Below, piece by piece: positions 8,850-19,144 of a DNA stretch of 64,000 nt; position 1 is the first letter of the stretch, and each line of letters starts with the position of its first letter. The notes under the pieces were generated by a model. That model worked only from the letters and a program-made list of their open reading frames with translations, did not search any database and was not told the origin of the DNA. The DNA is taken from the NCBI GenBank assembly GCA_964530925.1, contig CAZHBZ010000002.1, positions 3,621 through 67,620 of the forward strand, in the 5' to 3' direction. The translations under genes and the position numbers were made by a program. This stretch comes from an uncultured Candidatus Saccharibacteria bacterium. Its GTDB lineage: Bacteria; Patescibacteriota; Minisyncoccia; UBA6257; 2-01-FULL-56-20.

Positions 8850-10002
8850 ATTTTTCGCCTAATTTGCTTCCAAGTAATTCCCTAAAATAGTTATCTATTT
8901 TCGGCTTGGCATCTGGAATTTCCCTAAAATTAAATTTATTTCTTAGGACTGGATTTGTGTGTACGCTTTGGGCGATAAAACATTCTTTAATTTCATTGAA
9001 CTTCTCATTATCGATGATCACATCGCAATTTCCAAGGAAATAGGGCACTTTATCCGCGTATTGTTTGAAGACGTCAATATAACAATAATATGGCAGTTTT
9101 TCCATTAGCACATAGACGGTATTGTAAGTGTCGGAGTCAATAAACGTTCGATTGCGTTTGAGCGCGTTTATATCCCTAAGTGTCCAAAACTTTGCTATTG
9201 GCTTATCGTTTTTATTTAAAAATTTTTTATTCGGATACTTTTGGACATAATTGACTACAGTATCAAAATCGCTTAAACGGAAAAGCCCATCATCTTTTAC
9301 TTTAAACTGATAATTTTGGATATAATCGTAGGTCATCCCTTTCTGATCTTTTTCGTAAAGGGCAATTAAAATCGGGAAGGCCATTCCACGAGACGTATCG
9401 GAAAACTCGTGACTACTTATGATTATTCCATCGATTAATTTATAGTTTTGGGAAAATTTTGAAAGTAAGGCAAAATTGGCTTTTTTAATTAAATAAGACA
9501 AGGGGTGTAAAACACAAACGTAGTCTGCCCCTAATTTATCATAAGAAAGCAAGAACGACATTCCCAGGTCCCTGGTTTTTATATCAGAATCAATCCCGTT
9601 TTGAACAGAAGTGTCTTTTATAGAATTACGAATTATGGATGTAGTGTCGTTGTATGGCGGGTTGCCTATGGCTATAAGTTTTTCTTCGCCCCTTATGGCT
9701 AAATTATCGCGACAAACATTCGAAAGAGAATTTTGGTGAATAAAATTCGCGCCGCTAATTGTTTTTTTTGCTTCAAAAATAGCCTTTTGATCGATATCCG
9801 CCCCCACAAATCTTTTCGCGACCCCTCCCCTTGCCAAAAATGATCCGTAGCCGCAAGACGAATCTAAAATTGTAAAGTCTTTAAGGTTCGTGATGTTTTT
9901 TCGCAAAATGGAATAGGCCAGATCAACAATGGTCTCTGGCGTGTAATAAGAGCCGAGATTGATAGTGTCGGCGTAATTTAGGTGTTTCTGATTCCTGTCC
10001 AT
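8830..10002 (-). CDS. N6-adenine DNA methyltransferase (M.PabI-like, gamma class)
   Basis: GSYYTP (motif X), DSSCGYGSF (motif I) and GNPPY (motif IV) in gamma order; AT-rich. Confidence 0.9.
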   Translation of the reverse strand: MDRNQKHLNYADTINLGSYYTPETIVDLAYSILRKNITNLKDFTILDSSCGYGSFLARGGVAKRFVGADIDQKAIFEAKKTISGANFIHQNSLSNVCRDNLAIRGEEKLIAIGNPPYNDTTSIIRNSIKDTSVQNGIDSDIKTRDLGMSFLLSYDKLGADYVCVLHPLSYLIKKANFALLSKFSQNYKLIDGIIISSHEFSDTSRGMAFPILIALYEKDQKGMTYDYIQNYQFKVKDDGLFRLSDFDTVVNYVQKYPNKKFLNKNDKPIAKFWTLRDINALKRNRTFIDSDTYNTVYVLMEKLPYYCYIDVFKQYADKVPYFLGNCDVIIDNEKFNEIKECFIAQSVHTNPVLRNKFNFREIPDAKPKIDNYFRELLGSKLGEKYAKNFN

Positions 10003-10041
10003 CTGGGTTCATTATACCAGTTTTCAGGTCTCAATAAGAAT

Positions 10042-10074
10042 AAAAAACGGCGCCCGCGAAGGGTGCCGTTTTTT
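10042..10074. terminator. Bidirectional intrinsic terminator downstream of tRNA-Ser
   Basis: AAAAAACGGCGCCC-GCGAA-GGGTGCCGTTTTTT. Confidence 0.85.
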
Positions 10075-10079
10075 GCTAG

Positions 10080-10164
10080 CGGAGGGGGAGAGATTCGAAC
10101 TCTCGGTACCTTGCGGTACGCCACCTTTCCAAGATGGTGCACTAGACCACTATGCGACCCCTCC
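10080..10164 (-). tRNA. tRNA-Ser(GGA), CCA not encoded
   Basis: GGAGGGG acceptor stem, CCATC-TTGGAAA-GGTGG anticodon arm, long variable arm, GTTCGAATC T-loop, discriminator G. Confidence 0.95.
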
Positions 10165-10367
10165 AGGGTCTCGGCCACCAGTAAAATCTAAGCTAAATCC
10201 TAAAAATTTACAACCCGCGAAGCGAGCTTCTAAATTCTACTTTTCCCGATATCGGTTACGATATCGAGGATCCTCGATTTTGTAGCGCAAATAAATTCGC
10301 GGACAAAATCGGGGCTACTTCCTACATTCCGGACTCTGCGTTTTATTTTCTACTACTTACTATGTTT

Positions 10368-11291
10368 TCACCATCCCCCGCTTGCGCCTCCTCCGCCGGA
10401 ACGTCCGCCGCCGAAACCCCCGAACCCTCCGCCGCTGTGACTTCCTCCGCCAAACCCGCCAAAGCCTCCGCCGCCTCCAAGCCAGGGGCCTTTTCCGCCG
10501 CTGTCCTTCCACATCTTATAGCTTTTAGAAACGAGAAAATCGAAAAGCGCGCCAAAGCCTCCTAAGAAAATAATTATTAAAATCCGCCAGACCATCCCGC
10601 CTATCCAAAGCCAAAGCAAAAGACCCAAGAGTCCGCCCAGCACTCCCCCGAGCCACCAGGACTTTGTCCGCCCCAAAAAGATCGCGAATATTCGCAGGAT
10701 CAAAAACGGAATAAAAATAAATATCCAGCCACCGTTGGAGAATAAAAGCTTCATTATCCAAGAATCCTTTAGTTTCTCGCCGCTTTCGGAAAATCCCGCC
10801 TCGCTTTTTACGGCCAAAACAATATCGTCCACCGCCAAGTTCAATCCTTTATAGTATTCCCCCTCTTTAAAGGCCGGAACAATATCCTCGTTTATTATTT
10901 GCGCGCTTTGTATATCCGTTAGCGCTCCCTCAAGTCCATATCCGGTTTGAATGCGCGCCTTTCTGTCTTCCAAAGAGACCAGGACGAGCGCTCCGTTGTC
11001 TACTTTTTCTTTACCGATTTTCCAAGTATCGAATATTTTTTGCGCGGCATTTTCGATCGTGTCGCCATTCAAGGATTTTACGGTCACCACCGCTATTTCT
11101 ATTGTTGTCGTGGCATTAAAATCCCTGAGTTTCAATTCCAGGGCGGAAACTTCTTCCGCGCTCATCATTCCCGCGAAATCGCTCACGAACCCTGCGGGTT
11201 TTTCGGGGACAACAAAAGCCGCGAGCGAAGCTCGCGGCGAGATTGCGACCGCGAGCAAAAGGAAAGTGAATGCCTTAAGGGCGGTCTTCAT
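10368..11291 (-). CDS. TPM-domain (DUF477/YgcG-like) membrane protein with Gly-rich tail
   Basis: GFVSDFAG, DNGALVL and IQTGYGLEG motifs, GGGGASGGW tail; paired with lemA. Confidence 0.9.
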   Translation of the reverse strand: MKTALKAFTFLLLAVAISPRASLAAFVVPEKPAGFVSDFAGMMSAEEVSALELKLRDFNATTTIEIAVVTVKSLNGDTIENAAQKIFDTWKIGKEKVDNGALVLVSLEDRKARIQTGYGLEGALTDIQSAQIINEDIVPAFKEGEYYKGLNLAVDDIVLAVKSEAGFSESGEKLKDSWIMKLLFSNGGWIFIFIPFLILRIFAIFLGRTKSWWLGGVLGGLLGLLLWLWIGGMVWRILIIIFLGGFGALFDFLVSKSYKMWKDSGGKGPWLGGGGGFGGFGGGSHSGGGFGGFGGGRSGGGGASGGW

Positions 11292-11303
11292 CTTCAATTT
11301 AAA

Positions 11304-11858
11304 TTAGAAAGCGACTTTTGGGGCAGTCTCCGCTCCGGAAGCCGCCTTGAAAAGTTCCCTCGCGTCGAACCCGAAAATACCGGCGGCAATATTCGACGGG
11401 AATCTCTGAACTTTTACGTTCAAGACGCCAACCGCGTCGTTGTAGCGTTGTCTTTCGACCGCGATACGATTCTCGGTTCCCTCAAGCTGGGTCATAAGAT
11501 TTTGAACAGTGGCGCCGGAAGTAAGCTGCGGGTAATTTTCCATTATCACCAAAAGTCTGCCGAGCGCGCCCTCGACTTCGCTAGCCGCGGACGCCTTCTC
11601 ATTCACGCTCTGCGCTCCCGCGTATCTTGTCCTCGCTTCGGATATAGCGCCGAATACTTCTTTTTCCTGCGTCATTATCCCCTGGACGGACGCGACCAAA
11701 TTCGGGATAAGGTCAAATCTCCTTTGAAACTGCGACTCTACCTGGGACCACTGAACATCCACCGCGGTATTCAAAGAGACAAAGCTGTTATAGCTCATCC
11801 AAAGATATCCGCCGACCACTACAACTATCGCAAGCGCTATCCAAAGTGTTTTTTTCAT
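11304..11858 (-). CDS. lemA: LemA family protein
   Basis: QRRFDLIPNLV, ENYPQL, LEGTENRIAVERQRYN motifs. Confidence 0.95.
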   Translation of the reverse strand: MKKTLWIALAIVVVVGGYLWMSYNSFVSLNTAVDVQWSQVESQFQRRFDLIPNLVASVQGIMTQEKEVFGAISEARTRYAGAQSVNEKASAASEVEGALGRLLVIMENYPQLTSGATVQNLMTQLEGTENRIAVERQRYNDAVGVLNVKVQRFPSNIAAGIFGFDARELFKAASGAETAPKVAF

Positions 11859-11915
11859 ATTTTTTTGTTGGTTTCTGATTTCTTTGATTATACCCTAAAC
11901 CCATATTTTTAAAAG

Positions 11916-11958
11916 AAAAGCCCCGACTTGGCCTGCTGACAGCAGGCAGGGTCGGGGC
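11916..11958. terminator. Long hairpin/terminator downstream of thyX with internal palindrome CCTGCTGACAGCAGG
   Basis: GCCCCGAC...GTCGGGGC outer stem, A-run on the left. Confidence 0.6.
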
Positions 11959-11963
11959 GAGTG

Positions 11964-12702
11964 CTAGACCTTACGATTGACAGTTTTGTACCACGGATGT
12001 CCGTCCACGATCTCCACTTCGTAATCGGCAAAGATATTCGGATATCTCTTCTTCGGCTTCAGGGGCTGTTCGCATCTCAAGGCAATGGCGCAGAGCGCGA
12101 AGGTTTGCGCTCCATCCGATAGAAGTTGCGAGTCCGAGCGGCGCGACACGCCGGAAAGCGGAGGTGAGCTTTTTCTTTTCGGCAAAACTCTTTTTCTCCG
12201 CGATATTCGCCGCCTCGGCCAGATTCTTCTGCACGTCTTCGAGAAGCCCGACCACATTGGTCATGATCGTCATAACCTCCGGCGTTTCTTGGATCACTGT
12301 CGGAACCCAGAAACCCAGCTCGGTCAGACGCACATAACGCAAACTTTCCTGAGATATCGCAGTCCCTGCCCGGTGGCGCACCAACTCATGAGTGAACACC
12401 CGGCTCACGCCAGCGAAAACGAAATTCACATTCGCGTGCTCGAGGACGGAACCGTGTTTCACATTCACGATGTTCTGAATGTAATCGACGTTTCCTTCGC
12501 GCACCTTGGTCACATTCGGATTGAGACCCGGAGCAAAACTCCGGTAGCAAATCCGGCCCATAACCTCAGTCAGCTCTTCCGCGTCGGAAGGGGCATCGCT
12601 TTTCCATTCCGGAGCACCGACGTATTCGAGATAGGCCTCTAGACCTTCGTGATTCAGGGTCGTTTCTCCCAAGAGAAAGACCTTCGGTTCTACGATTTTC
12701 AC
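11964..12702 (-). pseudogene. thyX: FAD-dependent thymidylate synthase ThyX, frameshifted near C-terminus (real deletion or assembly collapse)
   Basis: HGSVLEH, THELVRHR and SQESLRY motifs; after EMRT...EEEI the natural-looking tail (KRYPNIFADYE...RKV*) is in another frame ending at 11964; GTG start with AAGGAGG SD. Confidence 0.8.
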
Positions 12703-12795
12703 TTAATCCTCCTTCTTTTCTTTCGTGGGGCTGCCTTCAACCTACTAAAAACCGCTCCGTTTGTCTACGGAACGGTTTTTGTTATTCTGTTCCCG

Positions 12796-12816
12796 CTACC
12801 CACTACTCACTATCTC
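12796..12816. repeat. Short heptamer array (CTACCCA CTACTCA CTATCTC) abutting the groEL stop
   Basis: Period-7 units read directly. Confidence 0.7.
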
Positions 12817-14466
<1,650 letters not shown>

Positions 14467-14579
14467 TTTTTCCCAAGAGCGAAGCGATTGGCTGAAAAAA
14501 TGAGCACCCCGCCGGAATCGTCAGATGTAGGCGGGGCCGCCTACGCTTCACAAAATATTTTTATTCGACTTATTTTTTG

Positions 14580-14614
14580 AAATTAGTAATTGGAAATTAG
14601 GATTTGCAATTTTG
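14580..14614. repeat. AT-rich heptamer array (AAATTAG TAATTGG AAATTAG GATTTGC AATTTTG) after the groES stop
   Basis: Period-7 units read directly. Confidence 0.6.
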
Positions 14615-14616
14615 GA

Positions 14617-14907
14617 CTACTCCAAAATTGCCAGAATATCCTCCTCCTCCCCGACCAGATATTTCTTCCCCTCCACCTCCACTTCGTCCGGCCCGTATTT
14701 TTTAAAAAGAACTTTATCCCCGACCTTCACGGACATCGGCATCCTTTCGCCTTTTTCGTTAAATTTGCCAGGGCCCACAGCGACAACAGTTCCCATAACC
14801 GGTTTTTCTTTCTCGGCGGTCTCCGGCAAAACAATACCCGACTTGGTGGTCTTTTCTTCAGAAAGAGCTTCTATAAACAAATGATTTGATAGCGGCTTTA
14901 ACGTCAT
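14617..14907 (-). CDS. groS: Co-chaperonin GroES
   Basis: LKPL...TKSGIVLP...VAVGPG...VKVGDKV. Confidence 0.97.
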   Translation of the reverse strand: MTLKPLSNHLFIEALSEEKTTKSGIVLPETAEKEKPVMGTVVAVGPGKFNEKGERMPMSVKVGDKVLFKKYGPDEVEVEGKKYLVGEEEDILAILE

Positions 14908-14939
14908 TGTTATAAGTTATTTGTTATTAGTTTTACTTA

Positions 14940-14966
14940 CTAGCAATCCCGACCTTCGTCTGCTAA
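14940..14966 (-). promoter_or_regulatory. CIRCE-like HrcA operator
   Basis: TTAGCAGAC-N9-GATTGCTAG on - strand versus consensus TTAGCACTC-N9-GAGTGCTAA; exact 9-nt spacer, directly upstream of groES. Confidence 0.7.
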
Positions 14967-14994
14967 TGATAGTAAGAATTTTTTTTAAAGGCAA
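14966..14994 (-). promoter_or_regulatory. Sigma70-type promoter of groES-groEL
   Basis: TTGCCT-N17-TATCAT on - strand, immediately upstream of the CIRCE-like site. Confidence 0.55.
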
Positions 14995-15071
14995 GCGTGT
15001 TCTGCTCGCCCCCGGAAGACACAAAAATACCGCTTTCAGCGGTATTTTGCATTTTTCTTAGGCCTTTAAGC

Positions 15072-15992
15072 CTATCCCTTCACAAGTTTGTCGTAGATAT
15101 TAAGCGCAGCCTTAATCGCGTCTCCGGCGGAAGTGTTGTTCTGCTTATAAAGCGCGTCAGACACGTCTCCGGCCGCCCAAATACCGGGGTTCGAGGTCGC
15201 CTGGGTTTTGGGATCGGCTATCACCTCCCCTTTAGCATTGATATCCGCCAATCCTTTAACGATTTCCGAATTCGGCAACGCCCCCACCTCCACAAACACA
15301 CCGCTGACCTTCAATTCTTTTAATGTTCCTTCCTTGCGATCTTTATAGCGCAATCCGGTCACAAAATTATCGCCCAAAATTTCTTCGGTATCCGCTTGGG
15401 TTATTATTTCCACCTTCGCATTTGAGGAAACCTTTTCGAGCGTGACCGGATCCCCTTTCGGCCCCTCGGAGCGGACTACTAGATATATTTTTTTTGCGTA
15501 TGGGAAAAGATCCACCACCGCCTCAAGTCCGGCATTGCCTCCGCCTATTACCGCCACCTCCTTATCTTTAAAGAGCGGCGCGTCGCAGATCGAGCAAAAG
15601 ACTACTCCTTTGCCGTCGTATTTATCCTCGCCCGGCACGCCAAGGCGCTTTCGCCGGCTCCCCGAAGCAAGCAGAATATATTTCGTTTCAAAACTTTTTC
15701 CGCCGCTCGTCGCTACCTTAAACCCGCCCTCCGTTTGTTCAATTTTTTCCGCGCGCTCGCCTTCTTCAATTTCGATACTGCCGTCAAAAGAACGCAGATG
15801 GTTTTCCATCGACTTTGCGAGGTCGTAGCCGGAAATAGACGGACTTCCTATCCAATTTTGGATATCTGCGGAAACCACCGATTGTCCGCCGAAGCTTTCG
15901 ACGATTATTAACGTTTTAATTTTTTTTCTGGCTGCGTATATTCCCGCGGCAATTCCCGCAGGTCCACCACCAATGATAATGAGATCATACAT
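15072..15992 (-). CDS. trxB: Thioredoxin-disulfide reductase (TrxB/AhpF C-terminal-like)
   Basis: GGGPAG FAD motif, CSICD active site, GGGNAG NADPH motif, AAGDV. Confidence 0.88.
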   Translation of the reverse strand: MYDLIIIGGGPAGIAAGIYAARKKIKTLIIVESFGGQSVVSADIQNWIGSPSISGYDLAKSMENHLRSFDGSIEIEEGERAEKIEQTEGGFKVATSGGKSFETKYILLASGSRRKRLGVPGEDKYDGKGVVFCSICDAPLFKDKEVAVIGGGNAGLEAVVDLFPYAKKIYLVVRSEGPKGDPVTLEKVSSNAKVEIITQADTEEILGDNFVTGLRYKDRKEGTLKELKVSGVFVEVGALPNSEIVKGLADINAKGEVIADPKTQATSNPGIWAAGDVSDALYKQNNTSAGDAIKAALNIYDKLVKG

Positions 15993-15997
15993 GGTAA

Positions 15998-16095
15998 TTA
16001 GTTAGTAGTTGGTCGTAGGTAGCAAGTGGTTAATATGGGAATGGAATCCACGGTTCTGGACGCATCACGACTAACGACAGACGATCTACGACTTA
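15998..16095. repeat. Inverted pair of heptamer arrays with ~35-bp gene-less spacer
   Basis: Left arm on -: CCACTTG CTACCTA CGACCAA CTACTAA CTAATTA then CC-ATG of trxB; right arm on +: CGACTAA CGACAGA CGATCTA CGACTTA. Confidence 0.85.
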
Positions 16096-16265
16096 CTTTC
16101 TTTATCCTCCTTCTCCCCAAACAGCTCCCAAGCAAAAGCCACAGCCAAGACCAATCCCGCGATAACCGAGCTCCACTTAGCGAGAGATATCCCGTCAAAG
16201 CCCAAAAGCCAAGGAGAAACGATGAGCCAAACCCCAAGACCAAAAGCTATCCAAGAAGAGTTCAT
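16086..16265 (-). CDS. SPW-repeat small membrane protein
   Basis: LGVWLIVSPWLLGF motif, two TM helices. Confidence 0.75.
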   Translation of the reverse strand: MNSSWIAFGLGVWLIVSPWLLGFDGISLAKWSSVIAGLVLAVAFAWELFGEKEDKESKS

Positions 16266-16287
16266 TTTTATTTTTGGTTTTCGAATA

Positions 16288-16998
16288 CTAGTTCTCGGCA
16301 AGAAGCTTATCGATAGCGGCCTGAAAAACGCTGAAAGGCTGCGCGCCTAAAATCTTTTGCTGGCCGACGAAAATTGTCGGCGTGGAATTTACCCCCAAGG
16401 CCTGCGCGTCGGAAACCACTCTGGAAACCACGCTCGCGTATTTACCGGAATCAATACAGGAACCGAACTTTGCCGTATCCATACCAACATCGCCGGCGAG
16501 CTTCATAAACAAAGTTTTATTCAAATTGCCGTTTCCCTCTTTATTGTCGGCTATCTCCGCGACATAAAGAGCGTCGTGATAAGCCCAAAACTTTCCCTGG
16601 TCCTTCGCGCACTCTGCGGCTTCGGCCGCAGCGGTCGATTCCGACCCCAAAAAGGCAAAGTCCCTATAAACCATTTTCACTTTCCCGGACTTAACATATT
16701 GCTCGCGTATTTGAGCCCCCGCTTCCGTGTGGAACTTTCCGCAGAACGGGCACTGAAAGTCCGCGTATTCCACAACCGTAACCGGCGCGTTCGGATCACC
16801 TAAGACTACATCCCGTTCGCCGAGCTTCGTTACATCATTCGTCGGAGCGCCCCCTTGATCCTTTGGCAGCCCCTCTACCCCGGCAAACTGGTTTCCCGTC
16901 CCGCCGCTCTTCACTAAATAAATTATTGAACCCGAGATCATTACTGCCGCTATTAAAATACTTGCCGGCAAAAGCCAATCTTTTTTTATTTTATCCAT
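16288..16998 (-). CDS. DsbA/thioredoxin-like disulfide oxidoreductase with N-terminal anchor
   Basis: YADFQCPFC, GVNSTPT and GAQPF motifs. Confidence 0.92.
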   Translation of the reverse strand: MDKIKKDWLLPASILIAAVMISGSIIYLVKSGGTGNQFAGVEGLPKDQGGAPTNDVTKLGERDVVLGDPNAPVTVVEYADFQCPFCGKFHTEAGAQIREQYVKSGKVKMVYRDFAFLGSESTAAAEAAECAKDQGKFWAYHDALYVAEIADNKEGNGNLNKTLFMKLAGDVGMDTAKFGSCIDSGKYASVVSRVVSDAQALGVNSTPTIFVGQQKILGAQPFSVFQAAIDKLLAEN

Positions 16999-17030
16999 AC
17001 AAACAATTCTAAAGTAGGCATAGCAAAAGT

Positions 17031-17062
17031 AAACCCCCGCGCCAAAGTCTCGGCGCGGGGGC
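17031..17062. terminator. Hairpin/putative terminator downstream of 17097-17684
   Basis: CCCCCGCGCC-N8-GGCGCGGGGG. Confidence 0.55.
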
Positions 17063-17096
17063 GGCAAAGCGCCGGTAAAGACAGGGTCAAGCCCGT

Positions 17097-17684
17097 CTAC
17101 CGGTTGTTTTGATTCGGGAGAAATTCCGAAGGATCGGCCGCGTTCCCGACAGTCACAAAGGTTTCGGCGTGCTTCTTTATCGAACGTCCGGTCGGCCAGA
17201 GGAGTCCGCTTCGCTTATGAACGAAAAGAACCCTGGATGTCCCTCCGGGCGGAACGATGAGAAACACGGTAACCCAATCTCCATAGTCAGCGCTAACGAT
17301 GCCTAGAGAGAATACCGGAGCGAACTCTTCCTCTCCGAACCTCCCCCTCTCCGCGAAAGCGACCTCCCTGCCTCTCCAGCTCCCGTCTTTTCCATTCTCA
17401 AGAACGGAAAACCTCTTGATAACCAAATAACGCCAAAGACTCATCGCTCCCTTTTTGAGCCAACCGATTGGCGCGGTTCCGAGAACCCAGCCAAGAAAAA
17501 CAAATGTCGCAAGAAAAGCGAAGCCGGACATGAGATACGGCAGAATCCCGCTCCCGGGAAAATTGGAGGCAAGCGCTTCCCAGCCCCGGTAGATGTTTTT
17601 CGCGACAGGATAGATGATCGCCAGAACCACCGCGCGCAGAAGTATTGAGGGGAACTTGCCCGAAGCTCCGGATTCCTTCACCAT
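17097..17684 (-). CDS. Hypothetical membrane protein (weak DUF502-like resemblance)
   Basis: 195-aa ORF, two TM segments, AAGGGAG SD upstream. Confidence 0.55.
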   Translation of the reverse strand: MVKESGASGKFPSILLRAVVLAIIYPVAKNIYRGWEALASNFPGSGILPYLMSGFAFLATFVFLGWVLGTAPIGWLKKGAMSLWRYLVIKRFSVLENGKDGSWRGREVAFAERGRFGEEEFAPVFSLGIVSADYGDWVTVFLIVPPGGTSRVLFVHKRSGLLWPTGRSIKKHAETFVTVGNAADPSEFLPNQNNR

Positions 17685-17822
17685 GTCATTCTCCCTTCAA
17701 AATTGAAGTCAAAAAAACCAGGTTCAGTATACATTCTTTTCGCGTTTCCACAACCACGGAATTAAAATTTGAAATGTCCCTGGCCTGGAAAAATAAGCGA
17801 ATTCCGCATAACATAAGGATTA

Positions 17823-19136
17823 ATGTCTAGCCTAAAGAAAACCGCCCTATTTCTTGGAGATACGGTTATTTTGTATGTCTCGCTCGCGGCGACGCTTTTT
17901 ATCCGCTACCGTGGCGAGAACCTCCCGACCTATTTCAACACCCACCTTCTCCCGTTTTCCTTAATCTTTATAGTGTGGCTTACAATCTTCTACGTCGCCG
18001 ACCTATATAAGCATTCGACATTCAGAACTCGCGGAGCGTTATTCAGCTCTCTTTTTAGCTCGGTTTTTATCTCTGGCATTTCCTCCGTTATTATTTTTTA
18101 TATTTTCGGCGGCTTTTTTGAATTGACGCCAAAAACCAATCTGGCGATTTTCTCCGCGGTATTCCTCGCCTTGGATTATCTTATGCGCAGCGCTTTCCTC
18201 GGACTATTCCGTTCCGGCGCGATAAACATCGTCGTCTTGGGAGATTCTCCGCTAATCAAGGAGGCTCTTGCCGGGCTCAAAGATAATCCGCAGGCTGGAT
18301 ATAAAGTAATTCATTGGTTCAATGATTTCAGCGAAGACTCTCTTCCTTCTTTGTCCGAAATAGTAAGATCCGGCCGGGCGGAGCTTGTTGTCATCCAACC
18401 CAAACTTGTTTCCGACCCAAAAACAATTGCCGCTCTATACGACTTGCTCCCGATGGGAATCAATCTTATGAACTTCTCTGATTTTTATGAAGCCATTTTC
18501 GAAAAAGTTCCACTCGAAGAAGTCGAGGAGGGATGGTTCGTAGAACACATAGCCCCCCGCCGCCCAATATATGATCGCGTCAAACGCCTCACTGACATTC
18601 TGTTTGCTTCGCTTGGCGGCCTTATCCTCCTCCCCTTCGCCCTCCTTATCGCGATAATCATAAAAACAACCTCGCGCGGACCCCTTATATACAAGCAAGC
18701 GCGGCTTGGCCGGGGCGGCAAGATATTCACGCTCTATAAATTCCGCAGTATGACCACTAACCAAGAGGGGCCGCTCTGGACGGAAAAAAATGATTCTCGC
18801 ATAACTAGATTCGGGCGAATAATTCGTTTTACCCATCTGGATGAAATTCCGCAATTTTGGAACATTCTCAAAGGAAATATTTCGATCGTGGGTCCCCGTC
18901 CGGAAGCCGTGGGTCTCGCGGAAAAATATTCGGAGTTCCCCTACTACGAGATACGCCATATTATTCCTCCGGGATTGACTGGTTGGGCGCAGACGCATTT
19001 CCGCCCCAGCGCCTCCATGTCGGAAGCCTGGGAAAAACTGCGCTACGACATCTACTATGTAAAAAACCGTTCCTTTGTCCTGGATTTTCTCATAATCCTA
19101 AAGACCCTCAAATACTTCTTCGCGAATCACGATTAA
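17823..19136 (+). CDS. Priming undecaprenyl-phosphate sugar-1-phosphate transferase (WbaP/WcaJ-like)
   Basis: N-terminal TMs, KRLTD, KFRSM, LDEIPQ, SIVGPRPE, PGLTGWAQ. Confidence 0.93.
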   Translation: MSSLKKTALFLGDTVILYVSLAATLFIRYRGENLPTYFNTHLLPFSLIFIVWLTIFYVADLYKHSTFRTRGALFSSLFSSVFISGISSVIIFYIFGGFFELTPKTNLAIFSAVFLALDYLMRSAFLGLFRSGAINIVVLGDSPLIKEALAGLKDNPQAGYKVIHWFNDFSEDSLPSLSEIVRSGRAELVVIQPKLVSDPKTIAALYDLLPMGINLMNFSDFYEAIFEKVPLEEVEEGWFVEHIAPRRPIYDRVKRLTDILFASLGGLILLPFALLIAIIIKTTSRGPLIYKQARLGRGGKIFTLYKFRSMTTNQEGPLWTEKNDSRITRFGRIIRFTHLDEIPQFWNILKGNISIVGPRPEAVGLAEKYSEFPYYEIRHIIPPGLTGWAQTHFRPSASMSEAWEKLRYDIYYVKNRSFVLDFLIILKTLKYFFANHD

Positions 19137-19144
19137 TCTTCCGA

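Noticed and set aside
10105-10119. Two GTAC sites in the tRNA-Ser variable arm next to a GTAC-type R-M system
   Set aside because: Explained by the self-complementary variable-arm stem; GTAC occurs elsewhere too, so probably coincidence
10947-11912. Long antisense ORFs (also 7386-7976, 13864-14580, 33802-34617, 54321-55055, 60335-60964)
   Set aside because: Shadow frames opposite well-supported genes with no recognisable motifs
18857-19144. N-terminal extensions in the ORF track (flippase, aminotransferase to 33779, SDR from 33424, GT4 to 28108)
   Set aside because: They overlap neighbouring genes; downstream ATGs fit family starts and/or SD sites
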